A DNA stretch of 64,000 bases from Candidatus Sumerlaeales bacterium. Lineage in GTDB: Bacteria; Sumerlaeota; Sumerlaeia; Sumerlaeales; Sumerlaeaceae. Shown here piece by piece: positions 1 to 8,231 of this stretch. The notes under the pieces are model-generated. The model was given only the letters and a program-made list of their open reading frames with translations. It was not told the DNA's origin and did no database searches. Where the stretch lies: NCBI GenBank assembly GCA_038243585.1, contig JBBSQY010000006.1:12840-76839 (forward strand), given 5' to 3'. The translations under genes and the position numbers were made by a program. The number at the start of each line of letters is the position of its first letter. Within the stretch, counting starts at the first letter, position 1.

Positions 1-290
1 CTAGCTTTCCAGGTGCTGTCATACCTGCGCGCCCGGTTGGGATGTTGCGGATGGAGGATGATAAGGGTCAGGATTTTAAAATACTCGCAGTTCCTGTAGG
101 AGATCCTCGTTTTAAAGAAGTGCAAAACCTGGCTGATCTGGGAGAACATATCCCGAAGGAAATCCAGCATTTCTTTGAAATATATAAAACCTTGGAAAAA
201 AAGATGGTTAATGTAATTGGTTGGAGCGATAGGGAAGATGCAAACGCCGAAGTTTTGCGTTGTATTGAAAAGTTTAAAAAAATTAGTTGA
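1..290 (+). CDS. ppa: Inorganic pyrophosphatase, C-terminal fragment (5' end lies outside the window)
   Basis: The frame is open from the window edge. The translation ...PARPVGMLRMEDDKGQDFKILAVPVGDPRF...EIQHFFEIYK matches the conserved C-terminal half of family I soluble PPases. Confidence 0.8.
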   Translation, partial: SFPGAVIPARPVGMLRMEDDKGQDFKILAVPVGDPRFKEVQNLADLGEHIPKEIQHFFEIYKTLEKKMVNVIGWSDREDANAEVLRCIEKFKKIS

Positions 291-345
291 GATAGCCACA
301 CTAGGAAATATGATATTGGTCGCTGATTAAAGAGGAGATCGCTGA

Positions 346-1293
346 ATGTTAAAACAAGTTTTCGCTGCAATTGCCATTTGTAGCGTCTTTGCAAGCGCTG
401 CATATGCACAGTCTAATGTTGTGACGTTCACACAGCAGGATCTTGCCGGCCTGATGGCGTCGGCATGTGGACCACAGGGCGTGCCGGCGAAAGATGTACA
501 CTTGCATCGGAATGCAGCTGGAAATATGCTTTATATTGTAGCGGAGGGTCTGTTTGAAGCCCTGATTTATCCTCAACAGCAAATGTGTAATCCATTGGCT
601 AAAGAGACACTGAATTTGTGGCGGAATGCCAGTGACGGAGCGGTTATTTCTCAATTAGTTAAGCGTTACGATGGAGAGCGGCTACTGATGCAGGGCAGCA
701 CGGATGGGATTAACGGACAACACTTTGATATATCGTCTGGTGGCCAGTATTTTGTAGTATCCCACGGTGACGTCAGCAGCGTTAGTCCGGTGGATCGTCC
801 TTATATGAGAACGGTGGAACTGCAAATGGATGCCCGCAGAATCTTTCAGCGGGAGGGTGGCCTGCTGGTAGTAGGCAGCAACAAGACTAGCAATAAACTT
901 GAAGCAGTCCCAGTATCACTGGAATCCGGTACAGCAGTTGCCGGAACTCCTATTGCCGTGCCGGGTGTGCCGGCTGGGGTTATGGTTCTCGACTATAACG
1001 CTAAATCGGATGAACTGTTATTAGGAGGGTTAGGGGCCGGGGGAGTGACTTCTTTTGCGGTGGCGAATTTATCCACAGGGCAGGCCAATCTGGTGGCCGA
1101 TGCAAAGCCGGGTGCGGAAACCGCATTGTTTATTGCTGATGCTTTCCTTTACACTAAACTATCCGGCAAGCCGGCACCAGCAGGCATGGGTACTGCGCCG
1201 GTTACTCCTGGTGCTCCTGCACCTTCAGCTACTCCCGCGCCGGCAAAAAAACGCATGGGACTCAATCCTCTAGGCTGGTTTGGACGCAACTGA
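346..1293 (+). CDS. Hypothetical secreted protein with a Pro/Ala-rich C-terminus
   Basis: Long ORF with an N-terminal signal peptide (MLKQVFAAIAICSVFASAAYA/Q). I recognised no family. Confidence 0.55.
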   Translation: MLKQVFAAIAICSVFASAAYAQSNVVTFTQQDLAGLMASACGPQGVPAKDVHLHRNAAGNMLYIVAEGLFEALIYPQQQMCNPLAKETLNLWRNASDGAVISQLVKRYDGERLLMQGSTDGINGQHFDISSGGQYFVVSHGDVSSVSPVDRPYMRTVELQMDARRIFQREGGLLVVGSNKTSNKLEAVPVSLESGTAVAGTPIAVPGVPAGVMVLDYNAKSDELLLGGLGAGGVTSFAVANLSTGQANLVADAKPGAETALFIADAFLYTKLSGKPAPAGMGTAPVTPGAPAPSATPAPAKKRMGLNPLGWFGRN

Positions 1294-1323
1294 TCCAAAC
1301 ACTAGGCTGAGTCGTATTTTAAA

Positions 1324-1941
1324 ATGTCACGTCGGATGATTGTTCTATTAATTGCGGTAGCCATTTTGGCTATTGGATTGTCCCTACGCTCCCGCTTCTG
1401 GTACCCCATCAAAAACGAAATGGCCGCAGGGGGTGTGGTAGTTGCTTTGGGAGACAGCCTGACGTATGGCACTGGAGCTCAGCTGGGAGAGGACTGGCCG
1501 TCAGTCGTTAGCCGGCGGTGTAGTTGTACGATCATTAACAAAGGGGTTCCGGGAGACACGACTGCGGACGCCTATGCGCGCTTAGAGGCGGACGTATTGG
1601 CATTAAACCCCAATATGGTTATCGTCGGTTTGGGCGGCAATGATATCCTGCAGCAGCATCCTCGGGAACAGATGTTTAAGAATCTTCGACAGGTTGTTGA
1701 TGAGGTCCAGAAATCTGGAGCCATGGTCGTCATTCTTGGACTTAATGGATTTCCGCTTGGTGGAAATCTTACCTCTGGGTACTCAGACCTCGCTAAGCAA
1801 ACCGGCAGCGTATACGTTCCAAATATCTTAGGTGGCATTTTTACGGATTCTCGATTGAAATCAGATCAGTTTCATCCGAATGCCGCCGGATATGAACTAA
1901 TGGCGGAAAAGATTTACGGCGAAATTGAATCTTACTTGTGA
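1324..1941 (+). CDS. SGNH/GDSL-family hydrolase (arylesterase/lipase-like)
   Basis: N-terminal TM/signal segment, GDSLTYG block I, GGNDI block III, and DQFHPN block V with the catalytic His. Confidence 0.8.
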   Translation: MSRRMIVLLIAVAILAIGLSLRSRFWYPIKNEMAAGGVVVALGDSLTYGTGAQLGEDWPSVVSRRCSCTIINKGVPGDTTADAYARLEADVLALNPNMVIVGLGGNDILQQHPREQMFKNLRQVVDEVQKSGAMVVILGLNGFPLGGNLTSGYSDLAKQTGSVYVPNILGGIFTDSRLKSDQFHPNAAGYELMAEKIYGEIESYL

Positions 1942-3236
1942 GGCGTCAGGTTTCGGTCGATGATCGGGTTACTAATAAACGCATTCCTATACTAAATATC
2001 TGTCTTATCACGCGCGCTTTGCCAGTGCATCGACTTGGTGGCCTAGAAAATCATGTGAGAGATCTGTGCGTTGCCCTCGCTCAACGAGGACACATGGTTC
2101 ATCTTATTACAACGCAGGGTGGCAATAACGACTTGTTAAGCGACCATTCTGGCGTAACCATCTACGAAATTCCAAACAGTACGCCTGGAAACTATTCTAT
2201 AGCGTTTTTTCTTAAGCTCAATGAAATCGTCAGAACCATTGCGCTCGATAAAAATGTTGACGTCATCTGTCCGGTCGATTTGGCCGGACTTTTTATTCCA
2301 CCCTCCGCCTTTCAAGGAGTAGTAGTACCCATTATCCACGGGACAATGACTAGCGAAGTAGAGTTGGACTGGCGCTTTTGGCAGCATATACGAATGATGG
2401 ATAAGATTAGGGCATGCTGGAGCCATAAAAAACGCTTCTTGCTACTCGCGCCATTTCAAATGATGTTAAATCGCATGGAGGCCGTAATTGTCGATAGCCA
2501 TTTTACCAGGCGCGAACTAATGCTGTCTAACCTTGCACTAAAACAGGAAGAATCTCGTGGCGTAAAGACCGGTGTTTGGGCACAAGGATTAAAAGCTCTT
2601 GTCATGTCGCAAAAGATTTATGTAGTTCCACTTGGTATTGACTCGAATCGATATCCAGCCCCATTAAGCCTCGCGGCAGCTGAGTCTAAGTCTAATCCGT
2701 TTAAACTCTGTATGCTTGGTCGTCTGCAAAAGTTAAAGGGTGTTGAACAAGCTATCAAAACGGCTTTTGCACTAGAAAGGCGCGGCGTTCATTTTATCTT
2801 AACAATAGGTGGCACCGGAAGTTACGCTAATGAGGCAAAGGGACTTGTTAGCCGTCTAGGACTCAAAGCTCAGGTGGTCTTTTCGGGAAAGATTGAGCCT
2901 GCTGAGCTGGGTGATTTTTTTTCAGGTCAGCACGTATTTCTTTTTCCTGATCTGAGCCAGCCAGCCTTCGGTTTGGTTGCTGTGGAGGCTATGCAATATT
3001 GCCTGCCGGTAATCGCGGCAAAAGTTGGGGCAGTCTCTGAAGTAGTAGAAGATTGCGGATGGTATTACAACGGATGGGACACGGACGAGCTGGTGGAATT
3101 AATTGCTTACCTATCTGACAATCCGAAGGAAGTCGCGGATAAATCAGTCAGGGCGAGTGCACGATGTGCGATATTTACAGCAGCTAAAATGGCTGAGCGC
3201 ACTGAAAATGTACTCTTGCAAATACTGAACCGATAA
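1938..3236 (+). CDS. Glycosyltransferase, GT4 family
   Basis: N-terminal GGLENHVRDL motif and the C-terminal E-x7-E-like region FGLVAVEAMQYCLPVIAAKVGAVSEVVED. GTGA start/stop overlap with the upstream hydrolase. Confidence 0.75.
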   Translation: MRRQVSVDDRVTNKRIPILNICLITRALPVHRLGGLENHVRDLCVALAQRGHMVHLITTQGGNNDLLSDHSGVTIYEIPNSTPGNYSIAFFLKLNEIVRTIALDKNVDVICPVDLAGLFIPPSAFQGVVVPIIHGTMTSEVELDWRFWQHIRMMDKIRACWSHKKRFLLLAPFQMMLNRMEAVIVDSHFTRRELMLSNLALKQEESRGVKTGVWAQGLKALVMSQKIYVVPLGIDSNRYPAPLSLAAAESKSNPFKLCMLGRLQKLKGVEQAIKTAFALERRGVHFILTIGGTGSYANEAKGLVSRLGLKAQVVFSGKIEPAELGDFFSGQHVFLFPDLSQPAFGLVAVEAMQYCLPVIAAKVGAVSEVVEDCGWYYNGWDTDELVELIAYLSDNPKEVADKSVRASARCAIFTAAKMAERTENVLLQILNR

Positions 3237-3243
3237 CAAAAAA

Positions 3244-3320
<77 letters not shown>

Positions 3321-3438
3321 GCTCGGGTCGGAAACATATATGATCTGCTTCCCGATACATTCTCAGAAGTTGTTTTTTTTCAGTGTTTTTTTGAGAAAAA
3401 AAAACACATTTAAAAAGACTTAACCAAGAACAAAAAAA

Positions 3439-3514
3439 TGGTGGGTGAAGAGGGGATCGAACCCCCGACATCCAGCTTGTAAGGCTGGCGCTCTCCCAGC
3501 TGAGCTATTCACCC
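3439..3514 (-). tRNA. tRNA-Val (anticodon TAC), CCA encoded
   Basis: The reverse complement is GGGUGAAUAGCUCAGCUGGGAGAGC...; anticodon stem CCAGC/GCUGG with loop CUUACAA, T-loop GGUUCGAUCC, 3' CCA. Confidence 0.9.
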
Positions 3515-3552
3515 ATCCGTTATTGCGAACTACTATTGCAACAGTTGGCTTA

Positions 3553-3594
3553 CAAAAATTCAATGGGCTTTGCTGAAAAAAATCAGCAAAGCCC
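3553..3594 (-). terminator. Rho-independent terminator of the rpsF-ssb-rpsR operon
   Basis: Perfect 12-bp stem GGGCTTTGCTGA/TCAGCAAAGCCC (3565-3576/3583-3594) with a 6-nt loop. On the minus strand it is followed by ATTGAATTTTTG, about 30 nt after the rpsR stop. Confidence 0.7.
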
Positions 3595-3625
3595 ACCGGC
3601 CATTTTAAAAAGTTAAAAGGAGTGC

Positions 3626-4033
3626 TTAATCGGTCTTAAATGGAACAAGAGCAACGACGCGGGCGCGCTTAATTGCGTTGGTAAGCATACGCTGGTGAGT
3701 CGCACAGTTTCCAGTAATACGACGAGGAAGTATTTTACCACGATCGGTCATGAACTTGCGGATTCGCTTTGTATCCTTGTAGTCGATGAAGTCCATTTTG
3801 TCCGCGCAAAATTGACATACTTTTCTGCGAGTGAAGCGACGCCCACCGGCACCACCAGGCGGACGGCGTGACTGACCTTCATAGGCAGGCCGAACATATG
3901 GTGCGGGTGCTGCTGGAACGTATGGAGCAGGTGCGTCCGGCGCCGATGCAACAGGGCTATCCGAAGTTGCCGGGGTAGGTTCGGCCATGGCTGGAGAATT
4001 ATTTTGTTCCGGCTGGTCGTTTGTTTCGCTCAT
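3626..4033 (-). CDS. rpsR: 30S ribosomal protein S18 with a ~65-aa Pro/Ala-rich N-terminal extension
   Basis: The C-terminal 70 aa ([68 protein letters not shown]) are canonical S18. A GAGGAG SD lies about 12 nt upstream of the ATG at 4033. Confidence 0.9.
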   Translation of the reverse strand: MSETNDQPEQNNSPAMAEPTPATSDSPVASAPDAPAPYVPAAPAPYVRPAYEGQSRRPPGGAGGRRFTRRKVCQFCADKMDFIDYKDTKRIRKFMTDRGKILPRRITGNCATHQRMLTNAIKRARVVALVPFKTD

Positions 4034-4152
4034 TGGCTTATTAATCTCCTCAATGGACCAGTCTGGTAGTAATTATTACTAGACTGGGGGACGCTGTTTT
4101 CCGGAAATTCTAATTTTTTCCGACAGTGTCCCTGGGTATCGATGTTAAACTA

Positions 4153-4659
4153 TTAAAAAGGTACGTCATCACTTACGTTGGAATTGCCCTCAAAGTGAAG
4201 CGCATCCGACGGTGATGATTGTCGCTGTTGCTGCGCAGGAGCGGAGAATGACTGTGGAGTCGACGGTTGCGAAGCCTGGTAAGAATCGGAATCATCATGT
4301 TCCGCACTACCTGAACCTTGTCCGCGCTGCGGTACATCAAAGGATTTGACAAGATCGGCAGTCACGCGAATTTTAGAATGCTTTACTCCATCGCGTTCCC
4401 ATGATTCCTGTTTAAGGCGACCTTCAACGTAGACCGGCTGCCCTTTACGGCCTGTTTCCGCTAGCCGTTCGGCGACTTTACCCCAAGCTTCAACATCGAT
4501 ATATGAGACCTCCTCGCGCCACTCGCCACTGTTCTTATCTTTATACGGTCGGTTAACCGCAACTGAGATATTCGTGACAGCCATGCCGCTTTGGAGATAT
4601 TTCGTTTCCGGATCACGAGTAAGTCGACCTGTAATCATAACCCGATTGATGTTTAACAT
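4153..4659 (-). CDS. ssb: Single-stranded DNA-binding protein
   Basis: OB-fold N-terminus (MLNINRVMITGRLTRDPE...), a Gln/Ser/Pro-rich linker and an acidic C-terminal tip DDVPF. Confidence 0.92.
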   Translation of the reverse strand: MLNINRVMITGRLTRDPETKYLQSGMAVTNISVAVNRPYKDKNSGEWREEVSYIDVEAWGKVAERLAETGRKGQPVYVEGRLKQESWERDGVKHSKIRVTADLVKSFDVPQRGQGSGSAEHDDSDSYQASQPSTPQSFSAPAQQQRQSSPSDALHFEGNSNVSDDVPF

Positions 4660-4682
4660 GAAGGTAATTTCCCTTTCGTTAC

Positions 4683-5090
4683 TTATCGCTGCGTTGTTGG
4701 AGGCTGCTGCCCAGCCTGGCCTGCTGAAATGGTTTCAGCTTGTTGACGCCCTGCTTCTGCGTCAACGGGCTTAGGCTTTCTGCGCTTAATGAACTTCGGC
4801 GCAGGAATACGGGTTACCATAATACGCATGACCTTTTCGTCAAGACGTAAAACGCGCTCCATTTCAGCAATAGCGGGACCCTCAGGGGTTCCGTCAAAAC
4901 TGATAAGGGCGTAATAACCTTCCAGCTTTTTGTAGATGGGGTAAGCAAGTCGACGTTTGCCCCAAGGATCAACCTTGGTAATGTTGCCACCTGCTTTTTT
5001 GATCTGCTCCTGTGCATTATCTACCAGGGATTGATGTTCAGTATCCTCTAAAAAAGGATCAACTATCATCATCATTTCGTACTCTGCCAT
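4683..5090 (-). CDS. rpsF: 30S ribosomal protein S6
   Basis: YEMMMIVDP...WGKRRLAYPI...GYYALISF is the conserved S6 core. An AAGGAGG SD is upstream, and the rpsF-ssb-rpsR order is classic. Confidence 0.92.
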   Translation of the reverse strand: MAEYEMMMIVDPFLEDTEHQSLVDNAQEQIKKAGGNITKVDPWGKRRLAYPIYKKLEGYYALISFDGTPEGPAIAEMERVLRLDEKVMRIMVTRIPAPKFIKRRKPKPVDAEAGRQQAETISAGQAGQQPPTTQR

Positions 5091-5242
5091 CTTTGTTTCA
5101 CCTCCTTTTGGTCAATGGCCGATGAAAGTCTGATAAATCAGATTCACCGGCAAGGGCGGGTCACCCATTTGGATGCCCGCAAATTAATCGGTATCAGTAC
5201 CGGACTAAGGCCGTCACTATTCGCATTCTAATAGCTAGAGTA

Positions 5243-6667
5243 CTAATAGATCCCCCGGATCAGGAAGTAGAGCATGTCCGGGAATATGGAAAAAATAACG
5301 ACTGCTGCAGCTGAAGCGATTAGGACAGCATTCTGAAAGCTAGAAGTCTGCTCTGTTTCGGAACGTGGGTTCATTTCCGGAGAAACCATATAGAGATGAA
5401 CTATTATCCGCACATAGTAGAAGAGTCCTATGGCACTTCCAATTAGTCCGATAATCGCCAACTTTAGAAATCCAGCTTTAAAAGCCGTTGAAAACAAGTA
5501 GAGCTTGCCCCAGAATCCAATGCTGAGAGGGAGACCTGCCAGACTGATTACAAAAAGCAGCAGACAGGCCGCAGGGATTGGTCGGGTTCTGCCCAGACCG
5601 TGCAAGTCGTTTAGCGAAACCACCGTTTGCGAGCGCATTGCGCCAAGGGCAGTAAAGGCTCCCAAAGCGGAAATCCCATATACAAAAATGTAAAAAACGA
5701 TAGCGCCTTCAGCAGTCATAGTAGCCGGTAGGGAAGCAGGCAGTTCCGTTTTAATAGTCAGGAATCCAAGAAGGAGGTATCCAACATGAGCTATGGAGGA
5801 ATAGGCCAAAATGCGTTTGACACGGGTTTCTCGCAACCCCAGCAGATTTCCGACGATCATGCTTCCGGCGCATAGGGCGGCAATAATAAGGAAGTGTGAA
5901 TTAAGCAAAAATGAAAAGGGCAAAAGAGCAGCTATGGCGGCACCTTTTGACGCGGAAGCTATCAGGCCGGCTGCGGAAGACGGCGCGGCTTCGTAAACGT
6001 CTGGAGCCCACATATGAAAGGGAACAGCGGCAAGCTTAAAACCGACGCCAACTAGGAACATTCCGTAACCAAACAGCGCGATTAACGGCATTGTTACGCC
6101 TTCTGTAGAGGCTCTCAGTTCGGCAATTGATAAGGTTCCGTAAACCGCGTAGACTAATGCCATGCCGTATGCCAGAAATGCACTGCCCACGCCGGCTAAT
6201 ACAAGATACATGACTCCACCGCGCAGACTGAGGCGACTGGTGTATTTGAAACCTACCATTATGTACAGAGTTAAAGATAGAACTTCAATTCCTAGAAAGA
6301 GAGCGGCAAGGTTTCCCACACGGGCAAGTACGACGGAACCCAATGCGGCAAACAAGAGTAATGCAAACCACTCTCCAGCAGAAGTATCGGGGATAGGGCT
6401 TGTAAGGACAGCCCACGCAACAAGGCTCAGGAGCACCAGAGAAACCGACGTAGTAAATGGCGTAGCCAAAGTCCAGCCGTCTACGGAAAGCCCGAACTTG
6501 CCGGACGTGTAGATAAGAGCAGCAGAGGCAGCCGCAATTGCAAAAATAGAAATCCAGCGGAGCAAATCGCGCATTGGCCCGGACTGCGCCAATGTAGATA
6601 CTATAAGGAGAACAACCGCTGAGACAGAAAGGATGGCTTCAGGGAGCACATTTAGCCAGGATATCAT
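5243..6667 (-). CDS. nuoN: NADH-quinone oxidoreductase subunit N
   Basis: 474-aa polytopic Mrp-antiporter-like protein in the last position of the nuo operon. It overlaps the nuoM stop by 4 nt. Confidence 0.9.
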   Translation of the reverse strand: MISWLNVLPEAILSVSAVVLLIVSTLAQSGPMRDLLRWISIFAIAAASAALIYTSGKFGLSVDGWTLATPFTTSVSLVLLSLVAWAVLTSPIPDTSAGEWFALLLFAALGSVVLARVGNLAALFLGIEVLSLTLYIMVGFKYTSRLSLRGGVMYLVLAGVGSAFLAYGMALVYAVYGTLSIAELRASTEGVTMPLIALFGYGMFLVGVGFKLAAVPFHMWAPDVYEAAPSSAAGLIASASKGAAIAALLPFSFLLNSHFLIIAALCAGSMIVGNLLGLRETRVKRILAYSSIAHVGYLLLGFLTIKTELPASLPATMTAEGAIVFYIFVYGISALGAFTALGAMRSQTVVSLNDLHGLGRTRPIPAACLLLFVISLAGLPLSIGFWGKLYLFSTAFKAGFLKLAIIGLIGSAIGLFYYVRIIVHLYMVSPEMNPRSETEQTSSFQNAVLIASAAAVVIFSIFPDMLYFLIRGIY

Positions 6668-8226
6668 TGTTCGGCCTCCTGAAGTAAGGCTGCATCAGCA
6701 ACTGTAATAGGCAAAGTAGAATGATGGCTTAACATAATATGATTAGAAGAATAATTCGTTTCAGACAGATTTCGCATTCGGGTTTCGATGCCGGTAGGTA
6801 GTGTTCCTGTGTTTATTGGGGCAGTGATCACAGAAGGGAAAAGGCCCAGTATAATCAGCATAATTGCTAATACTGATAAAAGTAGATTTTCTCGACTATT
6901 CGTGTCCGGGAAATTTGGTAAAGCTGCTGGTTCTGGTCCGTGCATAGCCGCAGTAAAAAGTCTTAAGGAATAGAACGCTGCGAAAAGAACGGCCACCGCC
7001 GTTAGTCCCCCAATAACCCAATGATATTCCAAGGCAGCTGCAGTGATATATAATTCTCCTACGAAGTTGCCCGTTCCAGGGAGCCCAAGCGATGCGAAAG
7101 CAAAGAACAAGAAAAACGCTCCCATGGCAGGCGCGATTCGCCAGAGTCCGCCCAACGAATCAAATTCGCGATCACTGATGCGATGCTGTATAGCACCTGC
7201 AATAAGAAACAGTGCTGCGGTGGAAATGCCGTGGCATAGCATCTGTAGAATCGCGCCTTTAAATCCCTCGTCAGATGCTATAAATATTCCCAGTAGAATG
7301 AAGTTGACGTGGCTAAGGCTGGCATATGCGATAAGGCGTTTTATATCTCTTTGGCTGAAGGCGATCCAGGCGCCATAGAATATACCAGCTAGTGCAAGCC
7401 AGATTAGCAATGGCCTGAAATCTGAAAATCCCACCGGTGCAAAACTTTCTCCAATTCGGAAAAGCCCATAGATTCCCGTTTTAGATAAAACTCCAGAAAG
7501 CATCAGACTTCCAGCTGTGGGTGCATTCGGATAGGCATCAATTAGCCAAGTATGAAGGGGGAGCAGGGGTGCCTTTACCCCAAAACCGATAAGAAAACCA
7601 AGAAATACCCACCATTGTTCGCCTTGTGATAGCTGAACCTGGAGCAAGTCATCCATGTGAAAAGAGGCTACACCGGTGTCAACGATATGGCGATAGTAAA
7701 GGTAGAGCATAGAGGAGAGCATAAAAATACTCCCCGTGAAAGTAAAAAGCACGAACTTGAATGCCGAGTACTCTTTTCGGCCAGTGCCCCATGATCCGAT
7801 AAGAAACAACATCGGAATAAGCATAAGTTCCCAGCCCAGGTAAAATAACATTAGATCCCGGGCAAGAAAAACTATGGTAACTCCCAGTTGAAGAATTAAA
7901 AGCCATACGTGGAAACTGGTGACTCGTTCTGTAATTTCTCGCCATGAAACAGCCACAGCAAAAACGCTCAGAAACGACGTAAGTAAAACCATTAGAGCGG
8001 CAATCCAGTCGGCTTGAAGCGCAAAATGCACTCCGAAGCTTGGGATCCACAAGTTGTCCACTTCGATTACTGCAAAGCGCGCCTGGGCCGCCAACAGGTA
8101 TGCTACCTGAAGACTTAGCACCGTACTTATTAACGCGACTACTCTTGCGCCAGTTGCATTGACTCTCCCGGCCAGAAGAACAAATAGCGCTCCGGCCAGC
8201 GGAATTATTAAAGTTAACATCAACAT
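6664..8226 (-). CDS. nuoM: NADH-quinone oxidoreductase subunit M
   Basis: 520-aa antiporter-like subunit with conserved blocks (GWELMLIPM, KAPLLPLHTWLIDAYPNAPTAGS) and the expected operon position. Confidence 0.9.
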   Translation of the reverse strand: MLMLTLIIPLAGALFVLLAGRVNATGARVVALISTVLSLQVAYLLAAQARFAVIEVDNLWIPSFGVHFALQADWIAALMVLLTSFLSVFAVAVSWREITERVTSFHVWLLILQLGVTIVFLARDLMLFYLGWELMLIPMLFLIGSWGTGRKEYSAFKFVLFTFTGSIFMLSSMLYLYYRHIVDTGVASFHMDDLLQVQLSQGEQWWVFLGFLIGFGVKAPLLPLHTWLIDAYPNAPTAGSLMLSGVLSKTGIYGLFRIGESFAPVGFSDFRPLLIWLALAGIFYGAWIAFSQRDIKRLIAYASLSHVNFILLGIFIASDEGFKGAILQMLCHGISTAALFLIAGAIQHRISDREFDSLGGLWRIAPAMGAFFLFFAFASLGLPGTGNFVGELYITAAALEYHWVIGGLTAVAVLFAAFYSLRLFTAAMHGPEPAALPNFPDTNSRENLLLSVLAIMLIILGLFPSVITAPINTGTLPTGIETRMRNLSETNYSSNHIMLSHHSTLPITVADAALLQEAEQ

Positions 8227-8231
8227 AGTTC

